This document shows, piece after piece, positions 51,851 through 64,000 of a stretch of DNA of 64,000 nt. The notes under the pieces are model-generated. The model had not been told where the DNA came from, did not search any database, and was given only the letters and a program-made list of their open reading frames with translations. Source of the stretch: Botryllus schlosseri. Lineage: Eukaryota. The translations under genes were made by a program, and so were the position numbers. Positions within the stretch are counted from its first letter, which is position 1. Each line of letters opens with the position of its first letter. The DNA is taken from contig CM119379.1 in assembly GCA_051294905.1 (NCBI GenBank), positions 18,848,001-18,912,000 of the forward strand. Reading direction: 5' to 3'.

Positions 51851-54800
51851 CTATGTGTGGAGTCGTGACCAACTGGCCATGTATTCGTAATATGCAAGGT
51901 AGGTCTTTTTTTTAAATAAAATTATGTAGCCTACATTAAATATAAATTAAACTCTAATTACGGTAATGTCACTGCAACGTTCGAAGAACAAGCAAATAAT
52001 TTGTAGCTGTGAAAAGCTCGCAAGAATATAGTTTTGTTTTCGAAGAAATGAGGAGATGTTGAGGATATATGTGTATTGTATATATAATTGATATGCAAAT
52101 CCCAAGTATACCAAGGTTCGGTCACCGTGTTCGGATTCCAAATGTATATGAGCAGAGTAAATACGCAAATTCCGATACCGCATCATTTCTATTCAAATCA
52201 GCCGTCCGTATCAAATGATTACGTTTTACATGGCCACCTGAATGCAGTGTCCGCGAGTTGTATACATTACTGGACGTTTACAATACCATGCGACATCATA
52301 CACAACAAGGCGATACTATTGCTGCTGTTGTGTCGCGTGACAGAACCCGCTATAGATTCACGTGAGTACAGTGTACACGCGCAAATACAGAATAATGATC
52401 CGGAGCGATATACGTGCAAAATTGGATTGGAACATTGATAATGATGGAAGATTAACCTGTACAGATGCCGCGGCGTCTGTCTTCGCGGTACCCCGAAAAC
52501 GACACCGAATCGGAGTTGGTATCACAATAACGTATTTACGAAGAACAAAACATATCGATTTCGCGCGCGATGCCTTATGTCCGCGCTCCATCCAGGCCTT
52601 AATTTACGCCGGGTGGACATATGTTGACAAATAACACGACTGAGACGCTTCCAATACACGGTGATTATAGTTTCTCTTAAAATAGCGTCACCTATCGTAG
52701 GTACAGAGGCCGACGGTGCGTGGAAGGAAGAGAGAGATAAAAGAGAGACTCCTAAGCTTGACTCTTCCTCTGAGTAGCCGCCATTTCGCCACATCTCAAA
52801 GCGGTAATTGAGAGGGATACGGTATCACCAAAAATTCCCCAGTTTGGCCTCGCCGACAACGACCGGCCACGATAGATCTGTCGACGACAAGTGTACTAAA
52901 TAATCCCCCCGAGGCTGGAAACGGCGTGGGAAGTTTACGGAGACACAGTTTAGATCGTCGCAACAGCTAAACTTTAAAAGGGGTCCCGTTACAATCCCGA
53001 TTGGCACCGCATTGCGATGCGGGTTGCTGTTTGTCACATGTGTGTTATACACTCGAACGTACGACGCGTATTATATTATCGTCTCGCATTTATAATGTAA
53101 TGACGTAATCATTCTTAGTGGGTGAAGTTCAGTTATTACAGATATAGCCGACTGGGAGATATTGGATGCGAAAAGAGACATCGGGTACTAGTATCGGGGA
53201 GAAATTCGACTATATGTCAATCTCCCCAGTCTGCTCGCAACCCGTAACGACATTGTATTCCTGAATTATACGATTCTAAACTACCCGTCCTCCCAATCTG
53301 GTACCATCCATTTATCACAGATTCGCGAGCGACAGTTTTTGACACGCTACATGCGGAGTCAATAGAAAAAATGATCAATCGCGTGGAAGCAATATGACAG
53401 GGGTCGCGGAGAAATTGGAGCGATAAACCGAACGCAGTCAATGGCCCCGAAAAGGATCGAAACGCGTTGAATGACAGGAAAGACGCAGAAGAATACAATA
53501 GCTCGCGATGAAAAGAGTTTTCCTGATGTCGACTACTTCGAACATAAGCCTCACTTGCGGGTTGAATTCGATTGTCCTGAACCCTTGTCGGGCGAGACAA
53601 TGTGGACCAATACTCGGAGACAATGGACTGCCGTGCTGTGTGCCTGGATTGTTTTCTTTCACGGTGACTTCAGGAAGTATATGCACTCCTGCGAGTTGAT
53701 AGAGTGATTGTTATCATTAGATATGCCAGGTCTAACAAGCATATGCAAATCTTTCGTACTAAAACCATTGCATTCCAGCACCAAGGCATGAAACTACCGT
53801 ACTATGATGAGGTTGATGCAATTGATAAACTTAAAATGTGCGTCTGACGCAGCTTTAGTCCTGTTCCCGGCCGAGCAGGTGGTCGTCAAACGATATCGAT
53901 TCGGATCATAATTTGCGATCACTGTTTTTGGCTCCGTTTATATGCTAAGCATAGCCATATGGTTCAATATCAATTTCGGTGTAAATTTAGACCAATACCA
54001 TACGCTAAAAATCGTTAATATTCTCGGAGAAAACCTGTCCGTGTTCGATAAATTACGCCGTTTCGTATTCGTTTGTAGCATCTCCGCTGTCAAAGCGAAA
54101 CAAAGCCACTAGGCTTGGAAAATACAAAACGATGCATCGCATGTATGTGTGAGAAGAGCATATCGAAGTGATTCGGTTCATGATTCAATTAACAAGTTGG
54201 CTCTGTATTTCGAGACATACAGAAAGACAAACACAGTCGAGAAATCAATTTCGATTTGAGCACTCATTGCGATCGGAAAATGTCTTTTCGGTCATTCGTA
54301 AGGTAAAAACCCGAGGCCGCTCGAACTTTCGTGATCTGGAATAGGAGATTCTCATTTTGTAGTTGATGTGGCTATCCTGAAAACTTTGTCGTCCATGATA
54401 TAATTTTCATCGTATATTTCTCATCGATAAATGTACCAAATTTCATAGCGAATTCTTGTAATTCCTATTTGCCCAGTGACCTTTGCATTACTGTTTATAT
54501 TCAAGTCAGACGTTTGATCGAAATTTAACATGGTCGGCAGGCGACCAAATTTCTTTGGTAGATATACAACGACAACAGCAACAACCTGCAGTCGACTTCA
54601 CTTAATTTGGACACTTTTATTCCGCTCATTTTTTGACGAATGAAGCGGAGAAAAAGCTTCGTCCGAATAAAGTGGAAAATAAATTGTTCGTTTCATGGTT
54701 TCGTCTAAAGGCAGACAACACATTAAAATACTGCACTGTTGCGTATCAAATGAACTCCATCTGCGCTATACTGCAGTAATGTGGATTAACCGCATCAAAC

Positions 54801-56009
54801 ACACAAGTTATACTTCAGGTTAGTTGTATTGTGTAGGATTTCGATACAAAATCATTCAACAAATATTGTATGCTGTATCGATGTGTAAACATACGTATAG
54901 GGTAAAATGATACAGTAAATCTCCTAGTACTAAAGTCATACAGCAACTGCTGAAACGTTATTTTCACTTATGATAAAGTACAACACAAAACAGTAGGAAC
55001 AGTAGCTAAAAGGTTCCAGCCGTCCAGAAAACTTTTCTGCATCATTCTGTCCTTACAAGATGAGCGCAATTGTAAATGGGTAAAAGCGACTATGAAGCTT
55101 GCACGGCCTCCTACGAGTTCATTGACCATTGGATGGATCGTAATTCTGTTACCATAATCACCTAAATTGTGTTGAAGCAAAAGAAATATTGCTCATTGCG
55201 TCATATCCTAACGCGAGACTGTATCCGAAATATAAGCGGGGAAATGTCCAAATTAACTTAAGTTTTTTAAGGGCAATTTTTTAATTCCCTTCCCGAGCAT
55301 TTTCACCGTATAAAGCGGTAGTTCGGCATATCCGGTATCAGAATTGAGCGGATTCGGCTGTATTTATACATGTATATTGTATATATCCAATGTCCACACA
55401 TATGTATCAATGATAAAATACTATGCCTGTCAAAGAGTAGTAGTCAAGTTCAGGGTGAAAGAGTATAGTAATTCGACGATAGCGAAACCTGCACATGAAA
55501 CAATTTGAACCGTTCCCGCATGTCAAGTATTGCGACTATGACGCAACTAGCAACGATCTAGTGCCCCGAAAATTACAATTCTCAATTCAGAAAACCTTCA
55601 TATGCGGTGATTAAACCGCCCACGTAATCGTGAATAATATACTGTTTCAGGATGATATTCAAATTCATGAGTGATTTGATGATGCGAAATGTGTGGGGTC
55701 AATTGAAAAAATCTGTGATAATCATATCTTTGAAAGATATTACATAGCAAATATGCATAGAATGGGGGGTACATAAAAGTTCACAACTCTGCCTCACGAT
55801 ACCTCTAAAATAGTTAGCAAGCGATCTCATCAATCACAGGATGGCAAAAACATATTCCATCAACACCCGCCAGTGGAAGAAGTCAATCCAACGCAGAAGC
55901 ATGGCTAATGAGTATCACCAGCTTAGTATATGCAGTAATTTTGCGGACGCTAGGTTAAATTAGATTTTCTGTGGTACCATTTAACTGCGTGGAATGTAGA
56001 AGTAGGTAC

Positions 56010-56429
56010 CAGAGATGAGCGGATTTGGAATTTCCATGTCCTAATCCAATCCAAATCCAAATCTTCAAATCTAAATCCAAATCCTACTCCATAACTTTTT
56101 CATATTCAAGTCCATGTCCAATCCTAATCCGATTCCAACTGTAAATTCAGGAAAAATACTAATTTATGCAAGGGAGGGATTGGAAAATTTTCTTTCACAG
56201 CCAACGATTGCCTTGATTCAAGGTAATCTAGTAACCATTAATGCATTTAAACTGATCTGAATAAAGTTTGTCGTCATTCGCCACACGACATATCAATCTC
56301 CCAGAAAATAGGTAAATCCAATCCAAATCCGTTCAGAAAAAAATCTCTAATCCTAATCCAATCCAAATCCGACAAAATTTCACAAGTCCTGTTTTTTCAA
56401 ATCCTAATCCTAATCCATGCTCATCTCTG
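56010..56429. mobile_element. hAT MITE with (AATCC)n arrays
   Basis: TIR CAGAGATGAGC / GCTCATCTCTG. Perfect TSD GTAGGTAC at 56002-56009 and 56430-56437. Confidence 0.9.
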
Positions 56430-57297
56430 GTAGGTACATACCCCTGACTGTAGACCGAAAGGAGAAACGCGGTTTTTCATGACACGATGTCATCACTGTC
56501 TAAGTCAAAATTATTTTGGCACCCTACTAATATCCCTACACCAAGCCAGTGGTCGCAAGAAGCCAATGAATCTGTTACGCTCGATGCTGGCAACGTATCC
56601 TTTGAATTCTAAACGTTGCAAAGACTGTATACTCCATTAAGAGTTTTGTGTGAGGCAGACGCTCTTCCCACTGATCAGTACACGGAACTTCGAAAAGTAT
56701 TCAACTGTCTATAGCTCATGTACATTGTACAGTACATAGTACATCTACTCCCTGCCTGCTACTCAGCATCTCTATATCATAATTGCCCGAAAACACTACC
56801 AATGATGGCGGATAGAGCCTAATGAACTGCAACGACGCAATATTTAGCTAAAACACCGACCCAAGTCTTGGACTTATATTCGTATTTTCGGTTAAAATAT
56901 AATCAAACAACACACTCTATCAAAGTATAAATATAAGAAAACAATAGTACGGTACAGATGTAAAAACGGAATGAAGGCAAGCAAGTACGCATACAGTAAA
57001 CAACTCCCCGTCTATAGTCTACGCGAAGTAGAATCGAGGTAAGGCCACGATCGGTTTGCCGCATGAAATATCATCACATCAGGAGTGTGCATCGTTTAAT
57101 AAAAGAAAATCTAGGTATATAAAACACGACATGTAGTCGGTCGGACATAGCTCGCTTTATGTCAGAATGCTTTGTTCGTTTTCCCACTCACTGGCGTCTT
57201 CGCATTGATTGGCGCGTATAAAACGGCGAGCATTCCGAGCAATCACTTTCACTGGCCAAGCCACATTTTCATCATCGGTAGGCAATGTTGATGCCGT

Positions 57298-58261
57298 TTA
57301 GCGACGGGATGAATTCGAATGGAAATCTCCTGGCACCGATGTATCCTGAAACGGAATTGGCGTGTTAAAACACACTGCACAGTCGACTACGTATGTATAT
57401 AGCAACGCAGTATAAGTATGTCACAACTAAATAAATCGCACTGATGCTTTATCAGCATCGGCGCCGTGTATAATATCGAAATTTTACGTTTGCATTGAAT
57501 AATTGTAGCTGTATTTCGAGATTTGGCGTTAACAAAAGGCGTTATGGGTTGGTGTGTTAGTTACAGAGAGCCGATTATCTTTATGTACAAATTTTAAACG
57601 TGTAAAAAACGAGCAATGCTCATTACTCACCGTCGGCGCAAGTTCCTGATTTCTCTTGTTATCGAGTTGCGCGAACGGGGCTCTGCTTTTCGTGCAGTGG
57701 GCCGACGACGAAATGGAAGATGATGAAATCACAGTGTCCGAATGTTCGAACTCTACCGGCATTTTACTTTCCAACATATCGTGCAAATCGCGTATGTAGT
57801 CGATCGCTCCCAAGACCACGTCCAGTGACGAGACTCGTTGCGGTTTTGATTGCGATAAGGCCGGAATTACCTCCTGTAACTTTCGGTATAGCGTCCTGCC
57901 AAAGACAATACAACTTCTAATAGAAATTCCTGTACGTTGATCTATTTCCAAATTTCAGCAGTCAGATCACAAGACAACACCAGGGCACGCATACAAGAAA
58001 CACAGCATAGACAGACTGCTATCTACAAATTTACCTCAACTCAGCGGTGTCTCCGTTGCCGTCGTCGGGTACGCTTGAAGACTGATTTCTTTGGGACATC
58101 CTCGCCCTGTAATCCCCGCAAAATTCATCTCGCAGTGCACGCAAGACTTTTGTCGACTGCGAATTTATCGGGCCGTCACTTTTAAAGCACACGGTCGACA
58201 GCCTAGACCCGTTCATATGCCGAGGTGAAAATAACAATGTATCTTTTCCTGCTTTCACCAT
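57298..58261 (-). CDS. Id: Id/emc HLH protein (Id-C), three coding exons: 58261-58035, 57895-57631, 57345-57298
   Basis: Intron 1 (58034-57896, GTAAAT..TTTGGCAG) joins ...DTAELR-TLYRKLQEVIP...SSLDVVLGAIDYIRDL in frame. Intron 2 (57630-57346, GTGAGT..TTTCAG, phase 0) follows D-box-like RAPFAQLDN. Last exon DTSVPGDFHSNSSRR*. N-terminus MVKA...FSPR. ATTAAA about 200 nt past the stop. Confidence 0.88.
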
Positions 58262-58334
58262 ATCTGTGCACAGAGATTAAGTTTGCAACGCGACAAAGGC
58301 TGATCGAGTGTTTGCGAACCAACAGCCGTCTCGC

Positions 58335-58341
58335 ATTTATA
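58335..58341 (-). promoter_or_regulatory. Candidate TATA box of Id-C
   Basis: TATAAAT on the minus strand about 75 nt upstream of the ATG at 58261. Confidence 0.5.
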
Positions 58342-60485
58342 TCACATCCAGTGCGTCCCTTGCGACCGATTCTTTTTACACGTTCGCCTTTCTCTCTACG
58401 CTGCATTTCTCTTGCCGGACGCCGTTTGCACCGTCAAAGCACCCTATGTTCGCGGGGACTTGTTTCAAGCAAGCGGAGAATGCGATTCGCTATAAACGCA
58501 ATCAAGGACTGCGGCACAATAAGCGAGATGGGTGTATCAAATTAATTCGGTCACAGTTTGTTTAGTTGGCTTCTCGGTGAGGTAGATCTGTGCCGCTCGA
58601 GATTCAGTTTATGACCGAGTCTTCCGCCCTCACCTTGCATAACATCCGACAAATAAGTATGTCGTAACTCATAAAACGTTCTTTTAGTGCGTTGATTGGG
58701 CAGAGATGCAAACTTGTGGTCGCACTCATCTCCGGTAATTGGAATTTTCTGACAGTGCTTTCGTTTGCTGGACTGACATCACGGCGACTTGACACATCTC
58801 CCACAGTTTCGCGAATAACGAAGGCGCCGTGCAATCATTAAACATCGGCTCTTACAGGAAATAAAGGTGTTGGAGTCCCAGCAATGTCGTAAATATAGAT
58901 AGTACACAAATGCTTGTCTCATCATTTTAACGCACCTGCTAAACTGCTTGACATCGAGCTGTTGTCGGGAGTGTGAGAAATAAACACCAGACGCCACCAA
59001 GTCGGGAGAAAACGCGAGGTAAACTGAATCCGGTCGTTGCGTAGAGCTCAATCCCACAAATAGTACAAGGCATGCATGTGCGGAAGATGTATAGAAGAAA
59101 TATAGTATACTTTCAGACAAAATACAAGTAGATTCTACCGAATAAATATTAGCCTGGGCTTTACGGCGGATCACGATTTGGCGGATCTATTTGGACTAAC
59201 AACCCGGGCACTTCCTTTCATTGCATGTCGATGTCCATTATGTTATTTCTGTTATTTTTCATTCAGTGTGCATGCCTCGTCTTTACAGGTTCCTCTTTGT
59301 ATTATTAACTGTACTTAATGGTGGGTATTCGATTGATGGACTGTTCCAAGTCGCTTCAACAACTCCTATCGTACTGTTGCATTGCAATCTTGGGGTGTTT
59401 TAAACTGATGAGAATATTATTAAACGAATAAATGAAAGTATCGCACAAGGTTTGTAGCGTAAATTATTACCAGCCGCGATCTCCAATCAAAGCAGCAACC
59501 GTATACTTGCACCTATGTCAGAGATCCTATACACGTCTCAAAACAGATTGCTTGCAGGATATGAACGCACATGTTCCGGGGATCCTGCGATTGTTGGCGC
59601 TTATGGTATTTATACACAATAACAGTGTGCCTCTTGCATCCCATATGCTACACAAGCGCCAGCGAAATGCACTGCAAGAAAACTGAGTACGGCCCGTAAA
59701 TATAGAAGAGATACTGGGCTCATAAACGCGGTAAACCCGCATATGTAATCATGGATTACCATCACAAGTTCGTAGCCGATCTTGAAAACGCCGTGACCTT
59801 TATCATGTCCACGTGTGGTTTGTTAACACCAGCTTGTTGTAAATCCGTATACAATGCAAGCGCACCTGTGAAATCATGATTTAATTCAGGACTTTCATTA
59901 CACTGCATAAAAGCAACAATAACAAGTTATTGCTTCCAAAATCCTGCGGCTAGCATAATTGGTCAGTTGTACCTAAATGATTTCGTTTAGAACACGAGAG
60001 GCTTATCCGACAGGTGGCCGAGTGGCCTTTTCAAGACGCAGGTATGCGTAAACCCTGTTTAGAATCTTAGCCGCTTAATATCAACGATGGACTTTGCCTC
60101 ATACATACTGTTGCGAAACGAAATATGTTTATGTGGTATTGACATGACAATGTCATGCCCCTGGCATGTATGCATATTCAAATCATAAGCGAATCAAACT
60201 ATTCATCCACAAATTGACGATACAAGTCATGGCGGACGTCAACAGTCATTCGCCAAACGATTCGATAGACCACTCGTGCGGACTGTACAAACCGTAATCA
60301 AGGTGTAAATTTATTTTGAAGATAATTTGTTCTCCTTTTTTAGTATCAAAAACAAATCTTTAGAAACTTTTATGATGGTTACATCTTTGAGGACACGGAC
60401 AACACTGGGAACGAAATGCTACATAAGGCACAGTGTACGTACAACTAGCACATCAAGCATCGTAGTAGAGTAGACTACCGGAATC

Positions 60486-61474
60486 CAGTGTTGGGATGAC
60501 TCGAGTCATGACTTGACTCGAGTCAGACTCGAGTCACCTTTTTCGCATGACTTGACTTGACTCGAGTCACTTTGCTAAAATGACTTGACTTGACTTGACT
60601 CGGCGTATCAGAAATGTGGATTGACTCGTGACTCGGAGCAAAATTCACGAGTCAATTTCAAGTCATCAAGTAATCGGTGTCGATATAAATCACAGTATCT
60701 TGCATATGTTCGGATTGTTCGCGAAACGCTTGTGTAACCCGCGAAAGCGACCAATCATTCAATGACCGTGCGTTTCACTGAGCCTCGATTGTTCTCTCAC
60801 AAAGAAATTGACCGCAAACGAAGTGATAGAAGCTTACAGTATACGTTGTCGTAACTCAAGCAGTAAAGTAATAGAATAGCAAAATGTATATTTCTGTTAT
60901 CTGTTCTTACCATAACCAAACCTCTTGTTTTATTGAAATTCTAGTCGAATATAGTTTATGTAGTCCTCGACCATTGTCGCAGGCTCCAATAGTATCGTAT
61001 CTATTTGTAGCTGGGTAGGCTACAATGTATTGCATCATTATCATTCCGATTCTCTATTCTCTATTTTGGCTGGTAACCCTAAACTGAGACTATGCCATTA
61101 CGTAGTTTACCAGTTCTACGCATATGTGACCGATACAGCACCTTCTTGCGCTTATATTTAACTCTATATTCGTTCATCGGTTCGGAATCAATGACCACTC
61201 GAACTGTATTTCAGACAGCTAGCAAATTGCAATGACGTATTCATGCCTCATACATACTTCGAAAGGGCAACTTGACTTGAAATGTGACTTGACTCGTGAC
61301 TTGACTCGTGACTTGACTTGACTTGACTTGACTCGAGTCACCTCCAAAAATCGAGTGACTTGACTTGACTCGAGTCACCTTTGAAAATCGATTGACTTGA
61401 CTTGACTCGAGTCAAAATGTGCAATGACTCGAAATGACTCGTGACTCGAAGGTAGTGACTTGATCCCAACACTG
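60486..61474. mobile_element. hAT MITE with GACTT/GACTCGAGTC arrays
   Basis: TIR CAGTGTTGGGAT / ATCCCAACACTG. Perfect TSD CCGGAATC at 60478-60485 and 61475-61482. Confidence 0.92.
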
Positions 61475-63094
61475 CCGGAATCATACATCATATCAACAGT
61501 CCAGTTATTTCCTAACACGGGACTCTGATTTTTACTACATTCGCTAACAGGATGTGAAGTTTGTGAACAGATGTCTAAACATATATTTTGAACTTCAATC
61601 TGTGATAGCACCTATATTGTACCCCACGAATGTCATCCGCACGCGGTTACAACTTAAGGCATATCTCCCGGGCGGGATGTCAGTCGGAATAGCTATGAAG
61701 CTACGAGCGGAAGACTGATCTTTCGGAAACGGAAATTAAATTTCGATCGCCCCACATTAAGGGTGCTAACAATTAGGCGACCAAAAGGGAACGAAGATCA
61801 ACGCATGTTTGAAATCATTTATTTTAAGCGCGAATTGAAATACTAACTGATTATTCAATTTTCAAATGTTGTCTGCTGAGCAATGATTTAATTCAATGCG
61901 CTTTATGTGCTTAAAACAGGTGTTTATCCGATACCAGGTGGATATGATATGATATACGAGATTCGCAATATTCGCACACTCTAATAATGTGATATGTGCC
62001 GCGTATAGATTAGATACAATGCGTTGTATACATTGTTCGCGGTAAACGGAATATGTGTCCGCCATATGTGCCGTAGTACAAAAGTAAAATAAGAGTACGG
62101 AGATGCTAAAAATCAAGATAATCAAATGTGAAATGCAGTGGACAATGGACATTGGAAACCTTAGCAGGCATATCGGTTTTAATTGACCGCAGTAGATTGT
62201 TATGGCAGCATGCACACTACAGTGCAATCAAACATGCATGCGTGAGAAAGCATTCTCGATCTGCTGCAAATGTCTCATGCCTCGGTGTAGATATCATAAA
62301 CCAATCAAAGCAAACCAATCACCATACGGGGTCTGAAATTGCAACAGTTTGTCACAGCGGCATTCGCGCTATAAACTTCTTATCCTATTTGGTCTCCATG
62401 AGAAATCTGCACATATTGATTTAGCGTCTTCTTGTAATCTATGCATGAATGCGATTATGACGAATTTCAAATAAGGCCTTCTTTGATGTGAAGATTAGAA
62501 TAATTGCAATCGGCTTCCAATTTAAACCTTCCATTGTGGGAAACAAAGACTTGAAAGTGGGTTGGATGCAGTTGATAGAAAAGTTAATACACTGATTATT
62601 ACTATATTCAGTCGCGTAGCCGTGTTGCAATATTTGGTGGAGTATCTTGACAATGGGTATTCACAATAACCACGGGCTGACCACATTGTCCGTTTGTCGT
62701 TAATAAAGAAATAATTACCGAATACGTGTCATTGCGAGATTCTGTTTCGGCTCGTATCTACAAGGTATAGGCTACATGCATTCCTAGACATCCCAAAGTT
62801 GTATGCAATGGAACCCATGTGTATTGAGCAAGCCTTGTCTTATCACCATGTCACCAAGTTGCTCGTAGAAATCTTATCATTTCGTAATAGTTATCATAAC
62901 TAAATACTATAGTGACTTCATTCAGACTCACGTTGCTCTCCTATGCCCAATAGCCCATTGACGAAACTTCGTAATAATAGGACAAGCTATAACAGAGCTG
63001 ATAAATAATGTGACAGTAGTGACAAGTACATCCTTTTAGTGTATTCTTTTCGCCGCCCATACTTTTTACGTGATTGGAAATATAGCCTTCAAGA

Positions 63095-63221
63095 TTTTCT
63101 TATACAACCTCGTGGGTTGTGCTATAAGTCGGAAGTTCAGGAATAATAAAATGGAATATCGGCCTTGTGTAAATGACCATAGTATTAGTCGAAACACCAT
63201 GAATACCCGAAACAACAACAA
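63095..63221 (+). mobile_element. 5'-truncated SINE family A copy
   Basis: GTGCTATAAGTCGG...AATATCGGCC.TGTGTAAATGACCAT...CACCATGAATACCC-(AAC)n matches the SINE A 3' end. Confidence 0.7.
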
Positions 63222-63753
63222 TCTTTCACGTAAGATGGACTGTTCCATCGCAAATCACTACACAAGTTGCAAACTGTTGAAGATCCTTTAAATGTATATT
63301 TCAAAGTATTTCAACAGCGGAGCATTACACAACCTCCGAAATCAGTGACATACGTCTATTTACATTACAACCGCGATAGAAGTTAGTAATTCAATACGTT
63401 CGCGAATGACTACCTTACTATTCTTACGAACCAAACATAAACATTGACATATCCGAACATAAAAATGCGAGTCAGTTTGCATTTGCGCTCCGACCCGTAT
63501 AACAGGATTACATCCGGACCCGATAATCCGTGACCGCAACAATAAACATCCAAGGGTAATTTCAGCCGAAACTAATCGACAATTGTCTTGATTGATGGTT
63601 TCTTGCCCGTGAGGCCCGACCTACTAAGAATTATTGAAAAGCTTACATACAAATCAAATCTTTAATGTGATTAGGCACGGATGATCAGGAATGCTATGAT
63701 ATAGTAATTGGAATATCTTCAGCGGAGACAAATTCAATATGTGTACATATATT

Positions 63754-63776
63754 AATAATAATAATAATAATAATAA
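63754..63776. repeat. (AAT)n microsatellite
   Basis: About 7-8 AAT units. Confidence 0.9.
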
Positions 63777-64000
63777 GAGGATTTGCTGATCAAGTAATCA
63801 TGTACTGTGGTCATTTATTTATGATAAATGATAGTATGTGTTTTATGAATGGGTATATCAGCGACTTGATAAAACGGTGTCGGTAGCAAAGTACATTACA
63901 GAAAGACAGCCAAATGCTTATTGATTGTACTTGGTCTTGTTTGTGGTATTCAAGGTGTTTGTCGACTGGAATGGCCATTTACACCCGGCCGATGTTCTTT

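Noticed and set aside
56030-56420. Interstitial telomeric (TTAGG/CCTAA) repeats
   Set aside because: Irregular AATCC/TAATCC motifs confined within a TIR- and TSD-bounded MITE.
57529-57951. Single-exon 140-aa ORF as the Id-C gene
   Set aside because: It starts at a non-ATG codon inside an intron. GT-AG splicing gives a better in-frame three-exon model with an ATG and TATA box.
60486-61474. CRISPR-like array from repeated GACTTGACTCGAGTC
   Set aside because: No constant repeat/unique spacer periodicity. It is bounded by TIRs and an 8-bp TSD in a eukaryotic context, so it is a MITE.

Overview
AT-rich, intron-containing metazoan genomic DNA. An invertebrate chordate such as an ascidian is my best guess, inferred from the compact introns, Id-type genes and repeat content. 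No prokaryotic features are present. The only recognisable host genes are three Id/emc-family HLH genes lacking a basic region: Id-A 9812-10144 (+), Id-B 23623-23940 (+), and Id-C, a three-exon gene at 57298-58261 (-). The rest is non-coding, with CpG-rich enhancer-like patches, many non-autonomous hAT elements with verifiable 8-bp target-site duplications (several nested, three with transposase remnants), and two tRNA-derived SINE families. The most striking signal lies around Id-B. Six exact BMP/Smad elements (GRCGNC-N5-GTCT) and one near-exact copy fall within 19.7-26.8 kb, and each has a same-orientation CAGSTG E-box 4-13 bp upstream (4 or 6 bp in six of seven). This suggests a repeated composite E-box/Smad grammar that could wire a BMP-gated bHLH/Id feedback loop. 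All motif scans were by eye.
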